Below are positions 14,871 to 29,364 of a stretch of DNA of 64,000 nt, in pieces. The DNA is from the human T2T-CHM13v2.0 reference genome, Homo sapiens: the NCBI RefSeq assembly GCF_009914755.1, contig NC_060933.1. One strand, 5' to 3'. The first letter of the stretch is position 1, and the number at the start of each line of letters is the position of its first letter. The position numbers were made by a program, and so were the translations under genes. The notes beneath the pieces were generated by a model that saw only the letters and a list, made by a program, of their open reading frames with translations, did no database searches and was not told the DNA's origin.

Positions 14871-15888
14871 TAAAGTAACTTTTAAACAGATAAATTATGT
14901 ATGTATATGTATGCTTAATAAATGTGTGAAGAAGATGGGAAAGAAATATAGCAAAATATTAACAGTGGTTATGTATGGGCAGTAGGGTTATGGTACTTAT
15001 GTTTTTATTTATTAGATTTCTTTATTTTGCCAAACTTCCTACAACAGACAGATGTTTCCTGTATAATGAAAAAATATATTGTTTTACAAACTAAGCTAAG
15101 TAAACAAGAACTGTAAACCCACAAATACATTTATTTATATCTTTTTAAAATTCTCAATGATCCATTATCTAATCATTTCTGACCCAGAGAAAAAGATAGA
15201 TATTGACAGCGCATTTTCACTTTATCTTAATAGAAGTTGGGATGGGTTTACCAGGCATCTGCATAGACAGAAATGCAGGATAATAAAAAATTAATTGGGG
15301 AAAGATGAAGAGCAAAGGAAGAAGATCTCCAGGAAGAGGCCGAACTAGAAAAAAATGAAGAGACAGGAAAAGAACTAAGAAAGAGGGCATTGCCAAAATT
15401 CTCACAGACCAAAGAGAGGTTGCCAACAGAGCATCAGAAGAAAGAAAAGACCAGAGTTTACTGTGGAGTATTTTGTGCAAGAACCATCCATAGGAATTTT
15501 TAAAACTCTATTGGAGACTTTTGGACTCCAGGCCTACATGTATGGAGCTTGGAAGTTGCTATTCCACCTTAACAAACATTAAGCTGAACAAACTAAAACA
15601 TCAAAAACTCTTCTTAAGTTTGAAAAAGAAGTGAGATCACAATTGCCACAAATAAATCAAATACCTGGTAATACAGCTAACAAGGGAAGTGAACGATCTC
15701 TACAAGGAAAACTACAAACCATGGCTCAAAGAAATCAGAGATGACACAAACAAATGAAAAAATTTCTCGTGCTCACGGATAGGAAGAATCAATATTGTTA
15801 AAATGGCCGTACTGCCCAAAGCAATTTATAGATTCAATTCTATTCCCATTAAACTACCATTGACATTCTTCAGAGAACTAGAAAAACC

Positions 15889-16184
15889 TTTTTTTTGTTT
15901 TTGAGACAGAGTCTCACTCTGTCACCCAGGCTGGAGTGCAGTAGAACAATCTCGGCTCACTGCAACCTCCACCTTCTGGGTTCAAGTGATTCTTGTGCCT
16001 CAGCCTTCCAAGCAGCTGGGATTACAGGTGTGCACCACCATGCCCAGCTAACTTTTGTATTTTTAGTAGAGATGGGGTGTCACTGTGTTGGCCAAGCTGG
16101 TCTCAAACTCCTGGCCTTAAGTGATCTGCCCGCCTTGGCCTCCCAAAGTGCTGGAATTACAGGTGTGAGCCACCGCACCTGGCC
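15889..16184 (-). mobile_element. AluS SINE nested in L1
   Basis: Reverse dimeric Alu; L1 sequence resumes on both sides. Confidence 0.95.
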
Positions 16185-16795
16185 CAAAACTGTTTTAAAA
16201 TTCATATGGAACAAAAGAAGAGCCCAAATAGTCAAGGTAATCCTAAGGAAAAAAAAAAAAAAAAAGCTGGAGGCATCACACTACTCAACGTCAAACTATA
16301 CTACAGGGTTACAGTAATCAAAACAGCATAGTACTGGTACAAGAATAGACACATAGACCACTGGAACAGAATAGAGAACCCAGAAATAAGACTGCACACC
16401 CACAACTATCTGATCTTTGATAAACCTGTCAAAAACAAGCAATGGGGAAAGAATTTCCTATTCAATAAATGGTGCTGGAAGAACTGGCTTAGCCATTAGC
16501 AGAAAATTGAAACTGGACCCTTTCCTTACACCACATAAAAAAATTAACCCAAGATGGATTAAAGACTTAAATATAAAACCTAAAACTATAAAAACCCTGG
16601 AAGACAACCTAGGCAATACCATCCAGGACATGGGCATGAGCAAATATTTCATGATAACACCAACAGCAATTGCAACAAAAGCAAAAATTGACAAATGGAA
16701 TCTAATTAAACTAAAGAGCTTCTGCACAGCAAATGAAACTATCAATAGAGGAAACAGATAACCTACAGAATGGGAAAAAATTTTTGCAAACTATG

Positions 16796-17381
16796 TGTTG
16801 GGGTGATCAGACCCAACACCAGGTCGTGGGGGCGGCGAAGTCTGGTGGAGTCAAAGGATTGAGAAAAAGACAGTTTGAGAAGTAAAGTGGGACCAAAGGG
16901 CCATCGTGATTGTGGAGGCTGTGAAGGCCCTGAGCTCTGGGAGCCCACCCTATTTATTGGTAATCCAACAAAGAAACAGGTGGTGAGAATGTGGGGGTCA
17001 AAAGGGCGTGTTGCATTAAGCACATGATTTAGCATGTGACGGTTTAGCATTTGCTCTGCTACTTGAGATAATGGAGAGGAGGTTCTTTTAACTAAAGATA
17101 CAATTGATCCCAGGAGAGCAAGGGGCAAGGAGCCAGCAAGTCTAGACACATTCCAGAGCCACAAGCCCTGGATTCTATCCAAGCCACAAGGGATTTTATG
17201 CCCTGGGCTTAGATTATGGTGAGTCAGGGTAGGCTTCCACCCTTTAGCACAGAGCTTGGTGTTCCAAAGGCCACAAGGTGTTTTAGACCCTGGACCCCGG
17301 ACATGTTCCAAGACTCTTTTACATTATGTCAGACATGCAAGCCCTGCCTCAGCTTCTCCCAACACTCAGCTTTTCCCAACA
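16796..17381 (-). mobile_element. ERVK-class solo LTR (LTR14B-like)
   Basis: 586 bp; TGTTGGG...CCCAACA inverted termini; perfect 6-bp TSD ACTATG (16790-16795 / 17382-17387); minus-strand AATAAA near 16953-16958. Confidence 0.88.
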
Positions 17382-18298
17382 ACTATGCATCTGACAAAGG
17401 TCTAATATCCTGCATCTATAAGGAACTTAAACAAATTTATAAGAAAAAACAACCCCATTAAAAAGTAGGCAAAGAACATAGACACTTTTCAAAAAGAAGA
17501 CATGCATACAGCAGCAAGCATATGAAAAGAAGCTCAGCATCACTGATCATTAGAGAAATGCAAATTGAAACCACAATGAGATACTATCACACACAAATCA
17601 GAATGGCTATTATTAAAAAGTCCAAAAATAATAGATGCTGGTGAGGTTGTAGAGAAATAGGAATGCTTTTCCACTCTTGGTGGTAATGTAAATTAGTTCA
17701 ACCATTGTGAAAGAGTAGCGATTCCTCAAAGACCTAAAGACAGAAATATCATCTGACCCAGCAATCCCATCACTGGGTATATACCCAAAGGAATATAAAT
17801 CATTCTATTATAAAGACATATGCATATGTATGTTCATTGCATTACTATTCACAATAACAAAGAAATAGAATCAACCCAAATGCCCATTAATGATAGACTG
17901 GATAAAGAAAATGTGGTACATATACCTCATGGAATACTATGCAGCCATAAAAAAGAATGAGATCATGTCCTTTGCAGGGGACATGGATGGAGCTGGAGGC
18001 ATTATTCCTTAGCAAACTAACAGAGGAACAGAAAACCAAATATCGCATGTTGTCACTTATAAGTGGGAGCTGCGCAATGAGAACACAGGGACACATAGAG
18101 GGAAACAACATACACTGGGGCCTATCAGAGGTGGGAATGGAGGAAAGAGGGGATCAGGAAAAATAACTAATGGATACTAGGTTCAATACCTGGTGATGAA
18201 ATAATCTGTTCAACAACCAACCATGACACATGGTTACCTATGTAATAGACCTGTACATCCTGCACATGTATCCAGAACTTAAAAGTTTAAAAATAAAA

Positions 18299-18883
18299 TT
18301 ATTTCCTTTGTGTTGACTTTAGATCGCCTGATGACTATACACCTTGGTGTTATCTTTTTGCAATGAATCTCTCAGAAGTTCTTTGAGCTTCTTGTATTTG
18401 GATGTATAAATCTCTAGCAAAACAAGGAAAGTTTTCTTCAATTGTTCCCTCAGATAGGTTTTCCAAATTTTTGCTTTTTCTTTCCCTTCATGAACGCTAA
18501 TTATTCTTAGGTTTGGCCATTTTACATAATTCCATATTTTTTGGAAACTTTGTTCATTTCTTTTTTTTGTTTATTTTTGTCTGATTGGTTTAATTCAAAA
18601 GCCTTGTCTTCAAGCTCTGAAATTCTCTCTTCTACTTGGTCTAGTCTGCTGTTAACACTTTCCACTGCATTTTGTAATTCTTTAAAGGTGTCTTTCATTT
18701 CCAGAAATTTTGATTGGTATTTCTTTAAAATATCTATCTCTTTAGAAAATTTTTTCATTCACATCCTGAATTGTTTTTTAAATTTCTTTATGTTGGTTTT
18801 TACCTTTCTCTTGCATTTTCTTGAGTAACTTAACAATCAACCTTTTGATTTCTTTATCTGGTATTTCAAATATTTCATCTTGG
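18299..18883 (-). mobile_element. Orphan L1 ORF1 fragment
   Basis: ORF 18522-18758 encodes an L1 ORF1p coiled coil (NSRLDQVEERISELEDK). Confidence 0.85.
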
Positions 18884-18884
18884 A

Positions 18885-19843
18885 AAAAACTCACTTTAAA
18901 TATAAAGATGCATGTAAATTAAAAGTAAATGGATGAAGAAAGATATAACATGCTTACACTAATCAAAAGAAAGTGAGATTCACTATATCAATTTCAGACA
19001 GAGCAGACTTTAGAGCAAAGAAAATTATTAGGGATAAAAAATGTATTACATAATGATAAAGGAGTAAATTCACCAAAAAAACATAATAATCCTTATATGT
19101 ATGTACCTAACAACAGAGTGTCAAAATATGTGCGGCAAAAACTGATAGAGCTGTAAGGAGAAATAGATTCATCCACTATTGTAGTTAAAGACTTCAACAC
19201 TCTTGTATCAGGAATGAACAGATCTAGCAGGCAGAAAATCAGTAAGGGTAGAGCTGAACTCAACGATACCATCAATTAAATGGAAATAATGGGCATCTAT
19301 GGAATACTTTATCCAGTACAGCAGAATGTACACTCCCGCCAATCTCACATGGAAAATTCACGAAGATAGACCACAAAGGAAGAAAGGCTATTACAAGGAA
19401 GAAAAGATAGTCTTTCAATAAGTTGTGCTATAACAACTGGACATCCACATGCAAAACAAAACAATACAAAACAAAACTAGAAACAGACCTTACTCCCATC
19501 AGAAAAATTAACGTGAATAGGTTATAAACTTAAATGTAAAACTATAAAATCTTTAGAAGATAACATAGGAGAAAATCTAGACAACATTGGTTTTGGAGAT
19601 GAGTTTTTAGATACAACACCAAAGGCGTGAACTGTGAAGGAAATAATTAATAAGCTAGACTTCATTAAAACTATAACTTGCTGCTCTATGAAGGACATTG
19701 TCAAGAAAATGAAATGGCAAGACACAGACTGGGAGAAAATATTTGAAAAGACAAATGTGATAAAGAACTATTATCTGAAATATACAAAAAACTCTTAAAA
19801 CTCAACCATAAGAAAATAAACAACCTAACTAAAAAATTGTCTA
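18885..19843 (+). mobile_element. Old L1M (L1MD-like) ORF2 fragments, continued at 24271-25240
   Basis: Endonuclease-region sequence (atgtatgtacctaacaacagag, gacttcaacac) joined to C-terminal ORF2 sequence. Confidence 0.75.
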
Positions 19844-19844
19844 G

Positions 19845-22800
19845 AGAGGTAGAGCAAGATCTACAAATAGAAGGCTCCACCAATTGACCTCTAAAGGAAC
19901 ACAAAATTTAACAACAATCTCCACAAAAAAAGCACCTTCATAAGAACAAAATCAGGTGAGCAATCACAGTACCTGGCTTGAACTTCATATCATTGAAAGA
20001 GGCACTGAAGAGGATAGGAAAGACAGTCTTGAACTGCCAATGCCACCCCTCCCACACCCCCTGGCAGCAGCCGTGTAGCACAAAAAGAGAATATGTGTGT
20101 TGGAGGAGGGAGAGCACAGTAATTTAGGGAATTTACATTGGAATTCAGTGCTGCCCTGTTACAGTGGGAAGCAACACTGGGAAGAACTCAGCTGACGTCC
20201 ACAGAGGGAACGTTTAGACCACCCCTAGCTAGAAAAAAATTGTCCATCTCAATGGTCAAAACTCAAGTTCCAGCAAGCCTCACCATCGCAGGCTAAAGTG
20301 TTCTGGGGTCCTAAATAACAGTGAAATGCAGTCTAGGCCACAAGAACAGCAACTCCTAGGCAAATCCTAATGCTGTGCTGGGCTCAGAGCCAGTGGACTT
20401 GGGAAGCATGTGACTAAGTGCAATACCATCTGGGGCAGCCAAGAAAGTGTCTGTGCTATCTCTCCCTCAACCCTGCACAGTGCAGCTTGCAGCCTCTGAA
20501 AGAGACTCTTTCCTTCTGTTTGTGGGGAGGAGAGGGAAGAATAAAGAAGACTTTGTCTTACAGCTTGGATACCAGCTCAGCCACAATAGAATAGGGCACT
20601 GCCCAGAGTCCTGAGGCACCCATTCCAGGCCCTAGCTCTAAGATGACATTTCTAGACATATCCTGGGCCAGAAGGGAATCTGTTGCGTTGAGGGGAGGGA
20701 CACAATCCTGATTGGATTCATCACCTGCTGACTACAGAGCCCATGGGCCCTGAATAATCAGCAGCAGTAGCCAGGCAGTACCTGCCATGGGTCTAGTGTT
20801 TAACTCTAAGATGGACCAGTTGTGGTGGCTACAAGGAGAGCCTCCTTCTGATAGAGAAAAGCAGAAGAAAGAGTAAAGGGGACTTTGTCTTGCAGCCTAG
20901 GTACCAGCTTGGCCACAGAAGGTACCAAGCAGGATCTTAGGGTCCCTGAGGCTAAGGGACATCCTTGGCCTTGGCTCTTAGACAGAATTTCTGACCTGCT
21001 CTGGGCCAAAGGGAAGCCCCCTTCCCTGAAGGAAGAGTCCCAGGAGTGGCAGCATTCACCACAAGCCAACTGAAGGGCTCCTGAGCCTTGAGTAAACATT
21101 GACAGTAGCCAGGCAGTGCTTCCCATGTGTCTGGAGCAGTGGTGGCCATGGGGACAGACTCCTCTGTTTGTGGAAAGGGGAGATAAAAGTGGGAAGGACT
21201 TTTTCTTGTTGCTTGGGTGACAGCTTAGCTGCAGTAGAACAGAGCACCAGCTAGATTCCTAAGGTTTCTGATTCCAGGCCCTGCTCCCAAATGGCACCTC
21301 TGGACCTACCTAGGACCAAGGGGAACTCATCACCCTGAAGGGAAGAACAAAAGCCTGGCTGGCTTTGCCACCTGCTGATCGTAGAGCCCTAAGGTCTTGA
21401 GTGAACAGAGGCAGTAGCCATGTAGTGGTTATAGTGAGCCTTGGGTGAGACTAGTGCTGTGCTGGCTTCAGGTCTGCCTCAGTACAGTCCTAGTGGTCGT
21501 CATAAGGATGATTGTGTCACCCCTCCCCCAGCTCCAGGCAGCTCTGCACAGAAAGAGAGAAAGACTCTGTTTGGGAGAAAGTAAGAGAAGAGAGTAAGAG
21601 TCTCTGCCTGGTAATCCAGAGAATTCTTCTGGATCCTATCGAAGACCACCACGGCAGTACCTCTACAAGGCTGCAAGAGCCACAGCGTTACTGGACGCGT
21701 GGTGCACCCCCAATGCAGACATGGCTGCGGTGGCCAAAAACATAGATAACAATACCCAAGTCCCTTTGAATATCTGAAAAGCCTTCTCCAGAAGGATGGG
21801 TATAAAAAAAGCCAAGACTGCAAAGACTACAATAAATACCTAACTCTCCAATGCCCAGACACCAGCAAACATCTATAAACATCAAGACCATCCAGGAAAA
21901 CATGATCTCACCAAATGAACTAAATAAGACACCAGGGACCAATCCTGGAGAGCCAAATATGTGACCTTTCAGACAGATAATTCAAAATAGCTGTGTTGAG
22001 GATCACAGACAAGGATTTCAGTATGCTATCGGATAAATTTAACAGAGACTGAAATAATTAAAAAGAATCAGACATTCTGAAGCTGAAAAATGCAATTGAT
22101 ATACTGAAGAATGCATGAGAGTCTCTTGGTAGCAGAAATTACCAAGCAGAAGAAAGAATTAGTGAGCTTGAAGACAGACTATTTGAAAATACAGAGGAGA
22201 CAAAAGAAAAAAGAATAAAAAAACAATGAAGCAGGCCTACAAAATCTAGAAAGTAGCATCAAAAGGGCAAATCTAAGAGTTACTGGCCTTAAAAGGGAGG
22301 TAGAGAGTGAGATATGGGTAAAAAGTTCATTCAGAGATAATAACAAAAAACTTCCCAAAACTAGAGAAAGATATCAATATTCAAGTACAGGAAGGTTATA
22401 GAACACTAAGCAGATTTAACCCAAAAAAGATTACCTTAAGTCATTTAATAATCAAACTTCCAAAGGTCAAGGACAAAGAAAGGATCCTAAAAGCAGCAAG
22501 AGAAGAGAAACAAATAACATACAATGGACCTCCAATATGTCTGGCAGCAGACTTTTCAGTGGAAACCTTACAGGCCAGGAGAGAGTAGCATGACATATTT
22601 TAAGTGCTGAAGGAAAAAAAAGTTCTATGTTACCCTAGAATAGTTTATCCAGCAAAAATACCTTTCCATCATGAAGGAGAAATAAAGACTTTCCCAGACA
22701 AAAAAAAAACCTCAGGGATTCCATCAACACCAGACCTGTCCCACAAGAAATGCTAAGGGGAGTTCTTCCGTCAGAAAGCAAAGGATGTTAACAAGCAATA

Positions 22801-23083
22801 GGAAATCACCTGAAGATACAGAATCACTGGTATTAGTAAGTGCAGAATAAAACACAGAATATTCTAGCACTGTAATTGTGGTGTGCGAACTACTCATGTC
22901 TTAAGTAAAAAGACTAAAAGATGAAATGATAAAATAGAATTACAACAACTTTTCAAGACATAGGCAATACAATAAAACATAAATTGAAACAACAAAAAGT
23001 TAAAAAGCAGAAGGACGAAGTTAAAGCATAGGTTTTTTAAAATTAATTTTCTCTTTGCTTGTTTGTTAGTTTGTTTATGCAGT
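19845..23083 (+). mobile_element. L1MA-type 5'UTR, decayed ORF1 and inter-ORF region
   Basis: Long 5'UTR with internal ~320-bp repeats; ORF1 motifs (gaaagaattagtgagcttgaagacag; ctggcagcagacttttcagtggaaacctta). Confidence 0.82.
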
Positions 23084-23262
23084 CATTGGGGCCTACTTGA
23101 GGGTGGAGGGTGGGAGGTAGCTGAGGACAGAAAAACTGCCTATCAGGTACTATGCTTATTATCTTGGTGACAACATACCATGTACACCAAACCCCCATGA
23201 CATGCAATTTATCCATAGAACCAACTTGCACATGTACCCCTAAAACTAAATTAAATTAAATT
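23084..23262 (+). mobile_element. Short L1PA15/16-like 3'UTR fragment
   Basis: ggggcctacttgagggtggagggtgggagg...gcacatgtaccccta followed by an A-rich tail. Confidence 0.8.
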
Positions 23263-24270
<1,008 letters not shown>

Positions 24271-25240
24271 AGGTTTAAATACTTTAAAAAATGCCTTATC
24301 AAAGAAGATATACAGATGGCAAAATAAGCATAGGAAAAGATGCTCTACATCCTGTGCCATCAATAAAATGAAAAGGAAAATGAGATACCTCTCCACACCT
24401 ATTAGAATGGCCAAAATCAAGAACACTGACACCACCAAATGCTGGCAAAGATGTAGAGCAACAAGAGCTCTCATTTATTGCTGGTGGGAATTCAAAATAC
24501 ATCCACTTTGAAAGACAATTTGGAAGTTTCTTAAAAAACTAATCATATGACCATAAGATCCAGCAATCATGTCCATGATATTTACCCAAAGGAAGTGAAC
24601 ACTTATGTCAACATAAAACACGCACATGGATATTGATAGCAGCTTAATGCACAATTTGCAAAACTTGGAAGCTACCAAGATATCCTTCAGTGGGTGAATG
24701 GATAAACTGTCCTAAATCAGACAATGGAATATTATTCAGCACTAAAAATAAATGAGTTATCAAACTATGAAATGACATGAAAGAAACTTAAATGAATATT
24801 AATAAGTGAAAGAAGCCAATCTGAACAGACTATATACTGTATGATTTCAACTATATTATATTCTGGAAAAAGTGAAACTATAGACAGTAAAAAGATCAGT
24901 TGTTTCAAAAAGCTAGGGGAGATAAATAGGTCGAGCACAGAAGATTTTTAGGGCAGGGAAACTGCCCTATATGATATTCTGATGATGAATACATGTTATA
25001 CATTTGTCCAAAACCATAGAATGTACAACACCAAGAGTCAACCCAAAGGTAAACTATGGACTCTGGGTGATAATGATGTAGGTTCATCCACTGTAACAAA
25101 TGTGCTACTCTGATGAGGGATGTTGATAATGGGTGAGGCTATTCATGTGTGGGAATAGGGGCATATCAGAAATCTCTGTACCATCTAATCAATTTTGCTG
25201 TGAACATAAAACTTCTCAAAAGAAGTCTGTTAAAAATCTA
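24271..25240 (+). mobile_element. L1MD-like 3' ORF2 and 3'UTR
   Basis: aaagaagatatacagatggc... continues the element broken at 19843; 3'UTR gtaaactatggactctgggtgataatgatg. Confidence 0.8.
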
Positions 25241-25280
25241 TTGAATGTCTGAAAAAGAAAATACAATTAGCATTAACTGT

Positions 25281-25705
25281 TGTATTAGTCAGGGTTCTCC
25301 AGTTGCACAGAACTAATAGGATATATATATATGGGAGTTTATTAAGGAGCATTAACTCACATGATCACAAGGTCCCATAATATGCCATCTGTAAGCTGAG
25401 GAGCAAGGAAGCCAGTCCGAGTCCCAAAGCTGAAGAACTTGAAATCTGATGTTCAAGATCAGGAGGCATTCAGCACAGGAGAAAGATGTAGGCTGGAAGG
25501 CTAAGCCAGTATAGTCTTTTCATGTTCTTCTGCCTGCTTTTTACTCTGGCTGTGCTGGGAGCTGATTACATTGTGCCCACCAAGATTAAGGGTGGGTCTG
25601 CCTTTCCCAGCCCACTGACTCAAATGTTAATCTCCTTTGGCAACACCCTCAACAGACACACCTAGGATCAATACTTTGCATCCTTCAATCCAATCAAGTT
25701 GGATT
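25281..25705 (-). mobile_element. MLT2A (ERVL) solo LTR
   Basis: tgtattagtcagggttctc...caatccaatcaagttg is the reverse of the MLT2A consensus. Confidence 0.9.
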
Positions 25706-25882
25706 AACCAATTAATTAACCAATTAACAGTGTGCCGTGCCTCTGAGTAACCATTCTTGAGGAGTCTTTTGTAGTCATGCTCACAAGTTAATGACTGTTT
25801 GTGTTTCATTTTGAAACTTCATAAAGAGACTTCAGACAGTGATAAGGATCCAAACAACCAGCAGATTAGACAAGACACATTA

Positions 25883-26175
25883 TTTTTTCTTATTGTTTAG
25901 AGACAGGGTCTCACACTCACCCAGGCTGGAGCACAGTGGCTACCATAGCTCACTGCAACCTTGCACTCCTGGGCTCAAGCGATCCTCTACTTCAGTTTCT
26001 GAAGTAGCTAGGACTACAGGCTCATGCCACCACATCCATTTACTTTTTAGTTTTTTGTAAAGATGAGGTCTTGCTATGTTGCTCAGGCTGGTCTCAAACT
26101 CCTGGCCTCAAGCAGTCCTCCCACTTTGGCCTCCCAAAGTGCTGGGATTACAGGCGTGAGCCTCCACACCTGGCC
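25883..26175 (-). mobile_element. AluJ SINE
   Basis: Reverse Alu; TSD ttagacaaga(c/a)ac(a/t)tt. Confidence 0.93.
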
Positions 26176-27069
26176 TTAGACAAGAAACTTTCTATTCACA
26201 CTTCCTACTCCTAATTAAGCATCTATTTTTTTTAAGACTGCTATTTCCAGTGTTACATATACAATTGCAAAACTAACCCCTTATGTAAAGAACTGCCAAT
26301 GACCTTACATAACCCATTGGTAGACTGGGGAGTAATCTCTGCAGGCCTTCTCCCTTGGATTATGAACTTCCCTTAACAAACCATGATGCTACTGATGAAC
26401 CATTCATCACTGAAAGATATTTGCCAGTGGGGCTAAAATATTGACGCTTACCTAACTACTAGTAATACTATTTAATCTTCTTCGGGGGCAAATTTGCCAC
26501 AGCCACGTATGGCGAAAGGTACAGCCAGTGACTGTAAGAGAGAATCAAGCAGATAACATAGGGATTGAATCCATGAATGGTTTCATTGAATCCATGTACC
26601 AGATGGCTGCTCATCATCCAGTCAGAAAAGAGTTAGGCTTAGACAGTTTCAAAATATAAACTGGTAGGCTATGAACAGAACTAAAAATATAATTTAATTC
26701 CACTGAGTTCTATTTTTGGGAATAGCTAGGGGCTATTTACTGGTACATCCTTGGTGAATTACTAAGGGTTACTAAATAAATTAAACTTAGTATATTGCCT
26801 GAATTTACCAAGGATTTAGTCTATATTTTCCTAAAATGGCTTAGTACCAAGCAATACTTGCCAATGTTTGAAAGCTCCCACTGGGCATGCCCCACATATA
26901 AATAGAATTCCTGCAAATTTTTAGAAACGGTACATAGGGAGGAGCCTCACCGCTGTTGATTTGAGTTGGTCAGGTTTTTAATCACTGTTAATTTTCCTTT
27001 TTAATTATAAATTCCTCTCAGTTTAGCATCTTCATTATGGATTTAGTTTGTGCAGGGTTGTTCAGTAGT

Positions 27070-27530
27070 AATAGCAACTACTATTTGAGTGTTTAGTCCA
27101 GGCCCTAGGCTGAGATCTTTACATGTTCATTTGCTGCTCTTAACACCCTTTCAAGACAGATAATAGTATCATCCTCATTTTACAGATGAGGAAACTAAGG
27201 CACAGAGAAACTAGACAACTTGCCTATGATCATACAGATAGACACTGCAGAAGCAGGACCCAAACTCAGGGATCTTCACGGTAGGTCGGAGGTCAGCAAA
27301 CTTTCTGTAAAGGGCCAGATACTAAGTATTTGGGGCTCTGTAGACTGTAGGGTCCCTACTGAACTACGTCGTTGTAGCCCCAAAGCAGCCTTAAACATTA
27401 CATAAACAAATTGGTATGGCTGTGTTCCAATAAAACTTTATTTACAAAAACAGACAGTAGGCAGGATTTGGTCTCTGGGCCACAGTTTGCTGACTCTTGC
27501 TCTAGATCCCTTGCTCTTAACCACTATGCC
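27070..27530 (-). mobile_element. MIR interrupted by MER58A
   Basis: MIR core cattttacagatgaggaaactaaggcacagaga; MIR resumes after the insert (gctcttaaccactatgc). Confidence 0.8.
27286..27499 (+). mobile_element. MER58A (hAT-Charlie) DNA transposon
   Basis: TIR-like ggtcagcaaact / agtttgctgact; hallmark tggctgtgttccaataaaactttatttacaaaaacag. Confidence 0.9.
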
Positions 27531-28064
27531 AATAATATTTGTTCTCTTAGGTTTCAGTGAAACACATATACAGACTAGGAAACTAAAATGCTCCAAGAGC
27601 TATATACTGAGACAGAAAGGCATTGCAATTCAAATATTAATCAACTGTGCCTTTATCGATCAAGAAGATATGAAATGTATGCCTGTATAGCAGTACGTTC
27701 ATTGCTGATGTGAAGAAATTTTGCTTGCCTTTTTTTAGCTGCAAATTATTTGATTAAACTTATACTGCAGCATTCTAGAATGCAAAATCGATACATAAGC
27801 TTACTATTTTAAAGTAGGCATAAAATCCACATATTTTGGGCCTCAATGCTTTATATAATCTAGTTTGAACATATAAGGTAGAGAGTCAAGAGGTCGTTTG
27901 AACCACTGGGATGGCTATAGTCCAAAAATATTTGAGAGCCATCACTCTGAAGAAATGAGTAGGAAAGGTTCTGGGGCCAAATCATATCTTGGAGGAGATC
28001 ACAAATGGCAACAGCAAGGAGTGAGGGCATTTTATACTCAGCAATAGTTTAACACAATGGTTCC

Positions 28065-28455
28065 TGTTAAGGGCTAAATTGTGTTCCCCCAAAATTCATG
28101 TTTGAAGACCTAATTCCCATGTGACTATATGTGGAGACAGGGCCTTTACTGAGATAATTAAGTTTAAATGAGATCACTGGGTTGGGTCCCAAATCCAAGA
28201 AGACTGATGTCCTTCTAAGAAGAAGAAAGGACACCAGAGCTAACACTTTGCCCATGAATACACAGAGAAAAAGTCATGTGAAGACACAGAAAGAAAGCAG
28301 CCATCTACAAGACAGGGAGAGGGGCCTGACCAGAAATCAACCCTCTTGGAACTTTCATATTGGACTTCCAGCCTTCAGGATTGTGAGAAAATAAATTGTT
28401 ATTTAAGCCATTCAGTCTATGTTATTTTGTTATGGCAGCCAGAGCAGCCCAGTAA
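28065..28455 (+). mobile_element. MLT1A/B solo LTR
   Basis: gggctaaattgtgttcccccaaaattcat...tttgttatggcagcc. Confidence 0.85.
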
Positions 28456-29159
28456 GTGTCCAACTTGTGAATGTAAAAAATTATATGAACTTCCACAAGC
28501 TATTAGTTATTCTATCTTCATTAACTGTTGACTGAAATGATATATAAATACATATATACACATACAAATAACTAGATATAATGAATTCAGCAATACCTAT
28601 ATGTTACTAATCATAACAACATATAAATAGATTTGTGGGAAAAAGTTGTATACATATTTGGGAGATTTGATTTTATTCAGGTTCAGATAATGCTTGATAT
28701 TAATGTGTTTTCACAGTCAACACCCTTACAACAGTTACTCCATTGACTTCTTGGGATCCTCAGTCTCTGGGGTAGTAATCATCTATTCCCCACCCCTTTT
28801 AAGTCTGGCTATATTAGGATTAACTTGGGCTCAGTCCCTCTTCTGCAGCTGCTTCTCTTGATAGAGGGCATGGCACACACACACCCAGAATAAAATGTGT
28901 TAGTCACAGTTTGAGTAAATGATCTAATTGCAGGGATCCCATGAGCCAGGACAGATTTTAAGCCAGGAAAGAGGCATGGCAGCAATGAGATTAAAAGCTG
29001 ACCTGTTGCTATCTATCTTACCATCTTATTTGCCTGAGACTAGAAGCTCATTAGGAAGAAGCACCAACATCTTCATCTTAAACCTCTTTCTATATCCCTT
29101 ATGGAATTTATAACTGCATGAGCTTAGTTAACATTGTTTAATAAAAGAGGAGTCCAAAC

Positions 29160-29350
29160 CAGGTGTTTCCAAACCTGGCTCATCATCAGTGTTACCTAAG
29201 GAGTTTTTAAAACTGTGGGTGACCAATCCTACCCTGTGCATGTCTGAAGGGTAGAGATCAGAGGACCTGCATTTTTACTATGCTTCCTCTGTTAATTCTG
29301 ATGTAGCCATTTCAGCACCATTTCTCAGATTTGCATTTGATAACTGCATT
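29160..29350. mobile_element. MER5-type DNA transposon
   Basis: gtgtttccaaacctggctcatcatcag...ctgcatttttac...aattctgatgtagcc. Confidence 0.6.
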
Positions 29351-29364
29351 AGATGAATATAGCC

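Larger units (their letters stand above)
15640..18297 (+). mobile_element. 5'-truncated L1PA (approx. L1PA13), interrupted by an Alu and an LTR
   Basis: ORF2 C-terminal fragments ([10 protein letters not shown]...) continue across both inserts; L1PA 3'UTR and A-rich end. Confidence 0.92.

Noticed and set aside
15895-16317. 140-aa ORF and similar LECSG/SASAS-type ORFs
   Set aside because: Antisense Alu translation running into L1
16763-17311. 182-aa minus-strand ORF
   Set aside because: Lies almost entirely within a solo LTR; no recognisable domain; chance ORF
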